A DNA stretch of 64,000 bases from NCBI GenBank assembly GCA_963719085.1, contig CAVRAL010000005.1, positions 96,001 to 160,000 on the forward strand. The letters run 5' to 3'. Shown here piece by piece: positions 28,946 to 40,800 of this stretch (the first letter of the stretch is position 1; each line of letters starts with the position of its first letter). Made by a program: the position numbers and the translations under genes. Source of the stretch: a candidate division FCPU426 bacterium (GTDB lineage: Bacteria > Oederibacteriota > Muellerivitia > Muellerivitales > Muellerivitaceae). The notes under the pieces are model-generated. The model ran no database searches. It saw nothing but the letters and a program-made list of their open reading frames with translations, and was not told the origin of the DNA.

Positions 28946-31849
28946 TTAATGGTGAGGCGTTGGAGTAGGAAGCGGGATGCTCCCGGCGCATAACGGCGAA
29001 TTGATGGAGGCGCTGACCGTGTGGCCGTCCAGGGTCCACGAAACCGTCACGTTATAGGGGAACGTAATCCGGAACGCGTCTCCATCACGGCCGGGAACGA
29101 ACTCCGTGGGTTGTTGCCCGTTTCCATAACTCAACGCGTTATCAGCCCCAACCGGAATGGTGACCGCCGTCGGATTGTAGCAATCCTTCATACTGTTGTT
29201 CTGGTAGCCAAAATGGGCGATTACTTGGCTGCCCTGGTCTTCCACGCAATTCAAGAAGGGTTCCACATCGACCCTTGCGCAGCCATTGGCCGTAGGCGTC
29301 GCCGTGGGAGGGACCGGCACCGGGGTGTCGGTATTGGTGGCCGGCACAGGAGTATAGGTGTTCGTCGGCGCGGGCACCGTATTGGTGAAAGTGGGCAAGG
29401 CCATGGTAGGCGTGTTGGTCGGAAGCGGCGCGACCAGGGTAAAGGTCGGCGTGGCGGAAGGCGGTACCGCCGTGGGCGTCAAGGACGGAGTCACAGCCGT
29501 ATTCGTGGCTGTCGCCGGCGGCACCGTGGCCGTATCCGTTGGCGCGAACATCACTGGCGTTTGGGTAATCGTGTCGTCCGGGGTATCCGTGGCGGTTGGA
29601 GGCACCACCGTGTCCGTATCCGTCGGCACCGCGATGACCGGCGTTTGTGTGGCCGTGTCAGCCGGAGTATTCGTATCCGTCGGGGAAACCACTGTGGCTG
29701 TTTCGGTCACGACCGGCGTAGCCGTCCAAGTGGCTCCGGGTTCAGGCGTATCCGTGGGTGTTTCAAACGGGGTCACCCCGGCCGTGGGCGTACCGGTGGC
29801 GGCCGGCGTTGGAGTTTGCGGTGTAGCCGCCCCGGTGGACGACAAGACCAACAACAATTGGGCCTGGACCTGCTGACCCTGGGCTTGCGCCGTCAAGGTG
29901 GCTTGATAGGTTCCGTCCGGCAAAGCCGTCCCCTGGCTCAAAGCGTCCCAACCCAATTGATTGCGGCCGGACTGGCCGCCAAAGTTCCCCGCGGGGTAAT
30001 CCTGCTGGTAGACCACTTGGCCCGAAGGCGATTGAATGGCCAGGTGCACGGAGGCGGCTTCCGACAATTGATAGCTGATATCGGTGGATGAAAATTCCGG
30101 ATCAAAGGGATTTGGATCGGCCGTGAACCCCGAAAGGGCCAATACGATAGGCGTCGGTGTCGTTGGGATGGCTCCGGCGGACAAGGCGAACTTTTCGACC
30201 CGGGCGTTTCCGGTATCCGAAACGAAAAGATTTCCTTGTCCGTCGGGAATGGCGCAGTAAGGCTGGTCGAATTGGGCGCCGCCCGATCCGTAACCCCCGA
30301 AAACCGCCAAGGGATTTCCGTCCAGCCCGAGTTTAATCACCAAATCATGGACACTGTCCGTTATCCAAAGCCGTCCTTGGGCGTAAACCAGTGAGGTCGG
30401 GGTCCAGTCTTGGGAAAGCCCGGTCCAAGTGGTGACCGGATCAAACCCCGGGTCATAAACCTCCACCACGTGGGTCAATCCGTTGAGGGCGTAAACCAAG
30501 CCCGCGTCATCCACGGCCATGCCCGCGTAAGAGGTGCCGCCTTGCAATCGGCCGGAATAAAGGTATTGGCCGTTGAAACCGAAACGATGGAGGGTCCCGC
30601 CATCCAACGCGTAGATCCCGGAAGCGGCTGTCTTGACGTCCGTAGGCGCCAACAATATCTGGTTTCCGAGCACCGAATCGCCGTCGGGATCAAGGCTTTC
30701 GACACGGTTGTTTCCGTCATCCGCGACATAAATCACGCCCGCGGGATCCACCGCTAAATTAACCGCTTGGTCCATTTCGCCCAGCCGATTTCCATATTGG
30801 CCCTCATTGCCCTGCCAACCTTCCACCGGTCCCCATTCCTGCACGGTTTGGTTCTTCTGGTCCAAAACAAAAAGATTATTTTGGGATATCGCCAATCCAG
30901 CCGGAATACCCCCGTTCGGGAGGATGAGCGATTGGCTGAAAGCTGGCGTGCCGACCTGCACCGAAATTTTTTCAACCGCCGCCTGTTTTTGTGAATCCAA
31001 AAATTGCAAATCATAGGCCCCCGCCGGCAAGGCGCGGGTATCCCAATCGGTGGACCAGAAAGCGCCCTGGTTTTGGGACGACAAGTCGTTCCATTGGTCC
31101 TTCCCCGACACGGACCACTGTATTTTCCATTGGGGCACGGAAGGCCGGACGGCAATCTGGACCAAACCGCAAACCTGCTCCCCATTCCAGGGTGATGAGA
31201 TGGGACTTGTTTCGGACTCCACCCCGGTGACATCCAGGGGCGGCCGGGGATCCTTCCCGCTTTGGGGATCGATGTCCTGCCCGTCGATCCATTCGGCGAC
31301 CAAGTTACCCCGGTAATAAAGGCCCACAGTAGGATTCTCGAAATAAACCGTTCCATCCCCGCACTCGGGAGCCTTGCTGTAATCCATCTCCGGTTCCATG
31401 TTGTCCCAGCCCGAATAATGGTAGGAGAAATAACTGTCTTGCCAGACGCCCCCGGGCGGAAGCGCGGACGCGTCGGTATTTTTCACCGCCACTTCCCAAT
31501 CCGCTAATTGGTCCAAGGGGTAAGCCATAAACCGGTTCATAGGCGAGGTGACGACCGTGACACCCTGCACCGACCAAACCCCCTGCGGGGTGGTCAAAGA
31601 TCCCGCGGTCCAAGACTGGGACTGGATGGGTTCGGCCCCATGGACCCAAAGATGGACTTCCAAATCCGACAAAACTATTGGCTGGGTCCCCAGATTCTTG
31701 ACGAGGAACCTCCAACCGGAAAAATCCGTGGCGCATTCCACCCGGCGCATCTCCAAGTCCAAAACAGGGGCGGTGGAAGTTTGAGCCCCTCCCCGGCCAA
31801 CCAGGGCCATGAAGAGGGCTAGGCCCAGGAGCATGTTTGTCTTTTTCAT
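28946..31849 (-). CDS. Secreted multidomain protein: CBM3-like, Ig, NHL propeller, FlgD-Ig, Pro/Thr stalk, Cys-containing C-terminal domain
   Basis: Signal peptide; [14 protein letters not shown]...DYS...LYYRG; NHL repeats; ADPNPFDP...WDA...LPDGTY; GAGG SD before ATG 31849. Confidence 0.85.
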   Translation of the reverse strand: MKKTNMLLGLALFMALVGRGGAQTSTAPVLDLEMRRVECATDFSGWRFLVKNLGTQPIVLSDLEVHLWVHGAEPIQSQSWTAGSLTTPQGVWSVQGVTVVTSPMNRFMAYPLDQLADWEVAVKNTDASALPPGGVWQDSYFSYHYSGWDNMEPEMDYSKAPECGDGTVYFENPTVGLYYRGNLVAEWIDGQDIDPQSGKDPRPPLDVTGVESETSPISSPWNGEQVCGLVQIAVRPSVPQWKIQWSVSGKDQWNDLSSQNQGAFWSTDWDTRALPAGAYDLQFLDSQKQAAVEKISVQVGTPAFSQSLILPNGGIPAGLAISQNNLFVLDQKNQTVQEWGPVEGWQGNEGQYGNRLGEMDQAVNLAVDPAGVIYVADDGNNRVESLDPDGDSVLGNQILLAPTDVKTAASGIYALDGGTLHRFGFNGQYLYSGRLQGGTSYAGMAVDDAGLVYALNGLTHVVEVYDPGFDPVTTWTGLSQDWTPTSLVYAQGRLWITDSVHDLVIKLGLDGNPLAVFGGYGSGGAQFDQPYCAIPDGQGNLFVSDTGNARVEKFALSAGAIPTTPTPIVLALSGFTADPNPFDPEFSSTDISYQLSEAASVHLAIQSPSGQVVYQQDYPAGNFGGQSGRNQLGWDALSQGTALPDGTYQATLTAQAQGQQVQAQLLLVLSSTGAATPQTPTPAATGTPTAGVTPFETPTDTPEPGATWTATPVVTETATVVSPTDTNTPADTATQTPVIAVPTDTDTVVPPTATDTPDDTITQTPVMFAPTDTATVPPATATNTAVTPSLTPTAVPPSATPTFTLVAPLPTNTPTMALPTFTNTVPAPTNTYTPVPATNTDTPVPVPPTATPTANGCARVDVEPFLNCVEDQGSQVIAHFGYQNNSMKDCYNPTAVTIPVGADNALSYGNGQQPTEFVPGRDGDAFRITFPYNVTVSWTLDGHTVSASINSPLCAGSIPLPTPTPHH

Positions 31850-31860
31850 GGTTTTATTCC

Positions 31861-34800
31861 TCATGGGGTCGCCGTAGGCGTAAAGGTTTTGGTAAAGGAT
31901 GGGTTCACCGTCGGCGTCTTGGTAGGCGTCCGCGTCACGGTAGGCGTGAAAGTCTTGGTAAAGGACGGGTTGACCGTCGGAGTCTTAGTAGGCGTCTGCG
32001 TCACGGTAGGCGTAGGCGGAACCGGTGTATTCGTGATGGTCTTCGTCGCCGTCGGGGTCAGCGTGATCGTCGGCGTCTTAGTGAAGGTCGCGGTCGGTCC
32101 CGGCGTGTTGGTCTTGGTCGGCGAAAGCGTAATTGTCGGCGTCTTGGTGAAGGTCGCGGTCGGTCCCGGCGTGTTGGTCTTGGTCGGCGAAAGCGTGATT
32201 GTCGGCGTCTTGGTAAAGGTCGCGGTCGGCCCCGGCGTGTTGGTCTTGGTGAAGGTCGGCGAGATCGTCAACGTAAAGGTGGGTGTCACGGTACTGGTCG
32301 GGGTAAAGGTGAAAGTTCCGGTCTGAGTGGGGGTCTTGGTCGGGGTGGACGTAAAAGTCAAGGTCTGCGTAGGAGACCAAGTAAAGGTGGGCGAAACGGT
32401 GGCTGTCCAAGTCGACGTGAAGGTCCAGGTCGACGAAGGGGTCCAAGTGGGCGTCGACGTAGGCGTAAAGGTTCCTGTGAGGGTGGGGGTAAAGGTCGAA
32501 GAGATCGTGGCCGTCCAGGTCGGCGTGGCTGTCCAAGTGGGGGTGAAAGTCCACGTAGACGACGGGGTCCAGGTATTGGTAACAGTGGGAGTGGGCGTGA
32601 TCGAAGGCGTCCAAGTGAATGTCGGTGTAACCGTAAAGGTCGGTGTATTCACGATGGGGATGGTGGGCGTAACCGTCGGACGCGAACAGGAAGTGAAGCA
32701 AAGCGGTTCCAAGCCCGTATTGGGATCAGCTTGGGTCGAGTTGATCCATTCGCTGGCCAGCACGCCCTTGTAATAAAGAGCGAAATGGTTGTCCGAAATG
32801 TATCCCAGATCGGGCCAAACGGCGTCCGCGCAGCCGCCGGTTTGGTTATCCGGCATACGGCTGTAATCCTGGGAATCGTTTCGATTGGCGTTGTCCGCCC
32901 GCATGAAGCCGATAAGCGCGTCCACCCAACCGCCGCCCGGTTGGATCACCGTGCTGTCGGTGTTGGAAACCGTGAACTGCCAATTGGCCACGCGGCCAGG
33001 CGAGTCAAAACATAGGGAAACCGGCTGGGCCAAGATGGCCACGTTCTGGACGTCGGAGGCGTTCACATCCATACCGCCGGCCTCATGCTGGCCGCCATAC
33101 CAAATATTGGTGGACCAAGCCTGGGTGGAATCATCCACCCACATCACGATCGAAAGGTCGGACAGGGTCACCGGTTGGGAATCCTGGTTTAGAACCTGGA
33201 AGCGGTATTTGGACTCGTTCGGCGCGCACTCGACCTTGCGCACCCGCAGGTCGAGTTTCGGGTTCGCGCCGCAGGCTATCCGGGTGGCCGTGGGCGTGGC
33301 CGTCACCGTGGAGCTAGGCGTCGGGGTCGGCGTCCAAGTAAAGGTTCCCGTCGGGGTGCTGGTCGGCGTAAAGCTCGGTGTATTCGTGGGCGTCCAAGTG
33401 AAGGTCGACGTGGCTGTGGCCGTCGGGGTCCAGGTTTTCGTAAACGTCGCCGTGATCGTGGGCGTCCAGCTCGGGGTCGGAGTCTTGGTCCAAGTGGGCG
33501 TCAGGGGCGGCGTCAGGGTACCCGTCGGCGTCTTCGTGGGCGAAAGCGTGTTGGTCACCGTCGGCGTCTTCGTGGGCGTGAACGTATTGGTGATGGTCGG
33601 TGTCATGGTGATGGTTTTGGTCCAAGTGGGCGTGAATGAGGGGGTGGGAGTCTTGGTTGGAGAAGGCGAATTCGTGATGGTCGGTGTGTTGGTGATCGTC
33701 GGCGTGTTGGTCGGTGTCTTGGTCATCGTAACCGTAAAGGTATTGGTGATCGTAAACGTGTTGGTCACGGTAGGGACCACGGTCAAGAGGGTCGAGACGC
33801 AGGTGGGCGCCGCGGAACCGCAGGGCGCGATGCGCACGATTTTGCTTTGGGGAGCCACCGGGGCGAAGAAAAGACCGGGCAACTGGGCGCACCAATTGCC
33901 GAAGATCGAAGTTCCCGAGGAGCTGGCTTGGTATAGCGACTGGTAGTTTAGGTTGTTGTCGAAGAAGTACACCCGGTTTGAACGGGTCGTGCTGGCTCCG
34001 CCATTGTCCACCACGTACACGTTGCCAGAAGGATCCACCCCAATGGCGGCCACTTCGTTGATGATTCCAACCGGCGCCCCTTGAATGGGGAACCCATCGG
34101 TGGCCTTGGCCGTAATCTTGCCCGAAACCAGGTCAATCCGGTTCACCACGTCCCCGTCGCCCACAAACAAGTGGCCCGACCGGTCCAGCGCAACCGAGGT
34201 AATCGTTCCCGCGTAGGAATTGGTCGTGTCGGGTCCATAAATTTCCTGGATAGGCGAGCCGCCCCAAGGCGCGTACTCGTTCACCTGGCCGGCGTAGGAG
34301 ACATAAAAATTACCGCCGCTGTCCACCGCGAAGCCCCCGGCGTCCGCCGTCACGGCGGCCGTGGCGATATAAGCGCCGGTGGTGGAATTGAATTGATCGA
34401 TTCCTGTCCCCGAGGAGTGCGTATCGGCCACATAAAGTATGCTTCCATCCGGGCTCAGAGAAAGCGCCGTCACACTGCTGATGCCGCTCCCTCCCCCGGT
34501 GGTAGGCAGGACGAAGGAAGAAATCACGTTACCGCAGGCGTTATAGGCTTTAAGGCTATTGGTGCCGAACTGGACATACATATTGCCCGAGGGCGCCTGG
34601 ACCATCTGAACCGTTCCCACCACACTGCGCGCCGGAATCACCTGGCTCCATTGCCCGTTGATTTGTAAGCAAACCGGGTTGAAAGTCGGCGTAATCGTGG
34701 GCGTGAAGGTAGGCGTCGCCGTGGGCGTGCGAGTGAACGTAGGAGTCCATGTATTGGTGATGGTCCAAGTCAGAGTCACGGTTTTCGTCGGTGTCGGGGT

Positions 34801-37800
34801 TTTCGTCGGTGTCGCAGTCCAGGTCGGCGTGGAAGTAATTGTGTTTTGTGGGGTTATCGTTGGTGAAGGGCTCCCGCAAACAGGAACCGTCACGTTGCAA
34901 GGAGCGATCTTGACTATACGGTTGTTCCCGCTATCCGTGGCGTAAATGATTCCCTGTCCATCGACACCCAAAGAACCGAGTTCCACATTGGCCATATCGT
35001 TCACTGTGAAAGTTGCCACTTGGGTTCCCGTGGCCGTGAACTTATCGATCACGTTCGGGGCGCTAACGGCATAGAGAAAATCATTGGAATCCGCGGCAAC
35101 ACTGACCCAGTTCTTATTGGTCGTCCCAAAAGTTGCCTCTGGAGCGCCCAAGGGCGTGAAGGAAATAATGCTCATGCCCACACTATAGCTTCCGCCCATA
35201 ACGTAAAGCGTTCCAGCAGGGCTGACCGCAACATCTCTTACAAACGGAAGCGAGTGAAAGGTCCCGGTCGTACCCGGTATAAATCCGGTCGTCCCATATT
35301 CGCCGAGTACGTTTAACGAAGAATCTGTTTTCCAAACAACTGCAGCAGCAGGTATGTTTTCGGCGGCATACAGATTACCTTGACCGTCCACTCCAATCTG
35401 TTGATAAGGCGTATAACTACTGTTGGACGTATCTAAATATGGACTGATCGTCGCTGGCAAGTTGTTTACAAAGTAACCATTGGAATCCAATTGATTCACT
35501 ACCCCTAATGGGGGATTTGGTTGCGGTGAAAAAACGTTGTAAAGAATTGATCCATCCCAGCTAATCCCAGCCAGTTGGGAAACGGTAACTGGCGCAAATG
35601 GCACATTTAATCCCGTAAAGCTCCCCTCAATGTTTCCACAGCTATCAAATTTTTCCACAACAATGCTAGTTCCTTGCGTAACGTTTAAGAAAACATCCCC
35701 GGCAGGATCAACCTTCATATCGGGGATATCGGTGATCCCACCCAGAGTATAAGCCTGCATATTAGTTACCGGCCACGATCCGGCAAATTGGTAACAAACA
35801 TTCGGCGTGGCTGTGATTGTCGGAGTCCCAGTGTTGGTCGGTGTTCCGGTAAATGTCGGCGTGGCCGTGTAATTATCATAAGTTTGGGCGACGCCGTTGC
35901 CTTCGTACCAATCACCCACGTTCCCCGCGGCGTCAATCGCCCGGGCGCGGAAATAATAGGTCACGCCGGAAGTCCCGGTGAAAACCGTTTGGCTGACGCC
36001 CGCGCCTGGAATTTCAGTCCAAGCGCCGTTGGAACCGGCCCGGTCTTGAAGGTCATAAGAGGCCACACCCGAATCCAAAAGGCCGCCCTGAGGGACCGGA
36101 TCCAAGAGCTGGTAGGTCACGGTAATGGCTGAGGCCAAAACCGTGCCTGGGCTGGAAAACAGGTTCTCCACTAAAGGCGCGGTGCGGTCGGCCAAGGTGG
36201 TGGTGACATTGGAGTATTCGCTTTCCACCAGGCCCGTGACGGGAACGGTGTAATGGACTAAGAGACGCACCTGGTAATTAACGCCGTCCTGCGGCGCGGG
36301 GATAACCGTGCTTCCCGAGTTGAAGGCCACATGGGTGGCTATGGTTGAATAGGCCCCTCCATTTTGGGAAACTTGCACGTCCGCAAAGAGGTTCACGCTG
36401 TCAAACCCGTCTTGGGAAGGATCGCCGGTGATGGATTGGCCGTTCAGGGTCCAGGAAACCGTGAAGCCTGCCTGGTTGGAATTGACCGGGGCCGAAAGGA
36501 TTACGGGGAATTGGATGGGATCCTTGTCGACCACGACCGTCACGGGAAGTCCGTTGTCCGGAAGGCGGTTGGCCAGGGTGCCCGGGTAGCCAGTGCCGTT
36601 GAGGGCGGTGTTGCCCAAAGCGTCGGAGGATTGGAAGCTAAGCACCACAGTCCCGGAGTTATCCTCCACGTCAAAGGGACCCGAGTAGCCGTAGGAGCGT
36701 TGGATTCCGGTCGTGAGGTCGTTCAAGGTATAGAACAAGCCCTTCAAGCCTACCGCGGCGTCACCCGAAACGGCCGGCACATCAGTGACGGCCAGGCTTG
36801 CCACCGCCCCCGGATTCACGTGATAGGCGCCCGCGTCGTCCTGATACAGCACGGGCGAGAGGGACACGGACTGGCGGGGGGCTTGGTTGTCGACCGAGAA
36901 GACCACACTATTCGGGTTCTCATAGAGGGTGGCCGGGGCCGAGGACGGCACCGGATTGGTATAGGTTGAGGAATAGGTCAGGGTATAGGTTCCCTCGCCC
37001 AAAGACGAAAGATTAAAGGAGCCTCCATACACCGTGGACGGCACCACGACCGCCGATGTAGCGGTGTTGATGATTGAATAGGTGGTCTGGTTAAAGCTAT
37101 AGACCGTGACGCCGAAAGAAGCTGTGGGCGGAGCCTGGAACTGAATAGGCGTCGAGCCCGTGACGAAAAACCCGGTCGTACCGCCCACCTGGGGCTGGCC
37201 GACTAAAAGCTGGGTCAAGCCCGCCAGCGTAGGCGGCTGGCCGGCCGTGGAAAGGGTCAGGGCCAAAGTTTTGACCGGTTCGGCGTTGCCCAAATTATCC
37301 ACCGCGAAGTACTGCACGGTATTGGAGCCGATTTGACCGCCCGTCAAAGCGCCCGCCGTCACTTGAGTGCCCAGGAAGGTCTGGGGCGCGCCGCCATCCA
37401 CCGTGACCACGATGAAGGAAACTCCGCTGCCCGAATCCTGCGAGACGAAGGAAAGCTGGGCCAGCGTATTGACCGAGGCCTGGGTGGGGCTGGTGGCAGG
37501 CGGCGTGTCATCGATCACGATGGGACAAGACTTAATGGTTTCCACGTTCCCGGTAACGTCGGTGGCCCCAAAGTAAATGGTATGGGGGCCATCGGAAAGG
37601 CCCGCCAGGATAAGCGGCATGGAATAGGTTCCAGGCGCGGTCAAGGATCCAAGTCCCGTAGTCAGGGTGCTGGGGTCATAAGAATATTGTTGGATCGACA
37701 CCGGCACAGCGGCGGTCGAAACAAGCGTCACCGGCGTGGAGTGCAGGTTGTTGGCTCCTGCCACATACGTGACTCCCCCACCTATATAGAGGGGAGTTCC

Positions 37801-40800
37801 CCAAACTAGGCTGGAAACCGGCGGATTGGCCTCAAATTGAGCCGGCAGGGATAATCCGCTCTCATTACCAGCTTGGTCGACGGCCGAAACCTGGTAGGTG
37901 ACCCCCGCCGATCCCGACGGCACCGGGACGGAAAGGCTGTTGCCGGAAACCATACCATCGAAGAAGGCCAACCCTTGGGTAGTGGCGGCCACAATGCGGT
38001 GCAGTTCCGTGCCCAAAGCTGTTCCCAAACCCGACAGGATTGAATTCGAGCCGAAGAACTGGGACAAGTCGTTGTCGTTTAAGGCCGTGTAATTAAAGTT
38101 TGAATCATAGCCATATTGGTTCACCACATTGCCCTGGGCGGTTTGCAGGTAAACCAGAAGCCGGTCGCCGGCCCAAGCGGTTCCCAATACCGGCGCGGGC
38201 TGGCTGAAATCGGTCACGTTTTGCAGGATGCCCGATCCCACCCGCAGAACTTGGAGACCTTGGAGGCTGGAGAGATAAAGCAGGTTGCCTTCGGTGGAAT
38301 CCGGCACATCCAAGAGCCCGGTGATTTCCTCAACCGCCAGATTCGGCGTCCCTAGTTCATAACCGTCGGAGCGGTAAAGGCGAGCCTGGACCCATTGGTC
38401 CTGAGCTTGGAACTGGGCCATGCCCAGGAAGCCTTGGGTTCCGCCCGCGTTTTGGAAAGCGGCAAAGAGCATGTGGTTCGTGCCGAAGGCCACCGCGGTG
38501 GCGACATTGGCGCCCGGATTACCGGAAGCTCCAAAATTCCAGGCTACGGTCGAAACCACCGGCGCGGGAATCTGGGTGAAGTCCAGCAGGTAAAGACCGG
38601 ACGAAGTTCCTACGGCCGCGACCACGCGTCCGTCTTTTTCATCAACATCAAGCGCCGTCACTCCGCCTGGGACGGCGGGATTCGTGGAGGCGTTGAAGCC
38701 GGCGATCGGCTGATAAGAAGTGGTATCAATGATGGACACCCCGCCGTTGGTGAGACCCGCGACGGCCCAGCGGCGATGGACGCGGATTTTGGCCACATCC
38801 AGACCCGGCAGGATCGACTGTTGGTTCATCACGATACCTGTTACCGGATTAAGCACCACGAGGCCGTTGGTGGTCGCCACCCAGGCCAGGCCGCCGTTCA
38901 TGGCCACGTCCCTCACCTGGGCGCCGGGCAGTAAGGAGGTTAAGAGGCCGGGCACAAAATGGGCCACGCCGTTTTCATAGAGACGGTAACCGGCCAAGGA
39001 AGCGTCGCTGACCGCGTTCCAACTCAGGTTTTCAAGGCCGCCCGCAGGAGGCACCGAGGTTAGGTTAGCCGGAACCGCCGGGGCTGTGCGGTCATCGGTT
39101 ACCTGAATCGCCTCAAACCCGCCGCCGTTGGAAACGCCCTCGCTCATGGAACCGCCTTCCACCAAACCATTGGAAGATAAGGCTGTCAGAACATATTGGT
39201 CGCCCGCGTTGACCGCCACTGAGCCGTCTTGCGCCCCCGAAAGGAGGGTGACCGGGGTCAGGGTGGAACCGGACAGTTGGCCGACGGACAAAAGCGAGTT
39301 TCCGTAGGCGCCGTAGTTGGCCGTTCCAGCCGCCGGGGCGGTAAAGGTAACGGACTTGGCCAAAGGATAAGCCAAAGTCACGCCCTGGATGTTCGGCGAG
39401 ATAAAGGGATCATAGGATCCGCCGGAAGGCGAATTCGTCATTGTCACCGCCACGTCATAGCTGGCCGCGGGGCCCGAGCCCGCGTTGATGGTCATGGGCG
39501 AGGACCCTGGAACGACCGGCAGGAAGCTTCCCGAACCCGAGGGAGCCCGGGTGCCCGGCGCCAGGAAGGTCGTCCCCGCCGGGAAATTGCCATAGAGATT
39601 CAATACTCCCGCCAGTCCGGCGGACGGCACGGACGGAAGGGTCACATTGGTAAAGGTGACCGCGCCTTGCGGCAAATAAGCTTGCGCATATTGGTTATTG
39701 TCGGCTTCCACCGAAGTCGGGGCCGAGTTGCCGGCCGCGTCAATCCAACTAAATTCGGCCACGGCGAAATCACGGGGGGTGTAATTGTAAGTCTGCCCCA
39801 CGCCCGCGGTGTGATTGACCGAGGGACCCACGCTTAAATTACTGGTGTTTTGGGTCAGATAAGCCGTGACCCTCACCATGGCCGGGGCCGAACCCGAGGA
39901 CAGCTGCAAAGACGATAAGGGAACGATGATTTCCCCTTGCGGGACCGTCGAATCGATGTCCTGCTGGGCAAAGAGGGTCACGGGCGTCTGGCTGTTATCG
40001 CCCGCGTTAGCCATGGGTTGACCGACCACCGAGTAGGTGAACACGGCGCTGGGACCATAAAAATAAGTGGTGACCGGTTGCCCCCCGAACTCCATCTCAT
40101 CCTGCGGATTGGTGTCGATGACTTGGCTGACCGATCCGGACGGCGGCGTGGTATTGCCGGTCGATTCGACATAATAATCATCATAAGGAACCGCGAGACC
40201 GGCGACGTTAAAGCTCAAAGAAGCCGCTCCCGAAGAAGGCAGGTTCAGCACCTGGCTGGCCGCCACAAACTCACCCGGGCTGTTGGGTTCGGAGACCGCT
40301 CGCGGGGCCCACCCCAAATGCAGGGCGGTATTCGGCACGGCGCCTTGCACCGAGCTGGCGATAAAGCCCGGCGGAACGTGGGCGCTGGTGGACAGGGTCC
40401 AACCCGGCACCGGATTAGAGGCCAAGTGGGGCGTACCGTCCGTGTCAATCGCGCTGAAGATCGACAGCGGCAAGCTCGCGGTGGAAGTCGAGCTGATAAA
40501 GTTAGGATTCTCAAACAAATTGGTGGCCGGCAAGGACGCCGGGGTGCCGAGGACCGCCCCGTTCTGAAGTCCGCCGGGGATATTGTTGACCACGGACACC
40601 GCGTAGGTTTCCGCCGTCAGGTCCACCCGCACCGGCGAGGCCCCTTCCGGATCCAGCCGGGTGTCCCACAAGTACTGGTCACTGCCCGAGCGGGCGGTAT
40701 TGTCCACCGACAATTGATAAACCGGATTGCTGTTGGTGGCCGCGGGGTTCACCGTCAGCGTCGCCGAAGACGCGCTGACCTGGCCAAACTGGTCTACCGC

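Noticed and set aside
32062..32260. Regularly spaced repeats resembling a CRISPR array
   Set aside because: In-frame 66-bp coding tandem repeats with no unique spacers and no cas genes.
29021..34945. Long Val/Gly-rich and Arg/Gly-rich plus-strand ORFs
   Set aside because: Antisense read-outs of the Thr/Pro repeats (ACN/CCN codons lack stops on the other strand).
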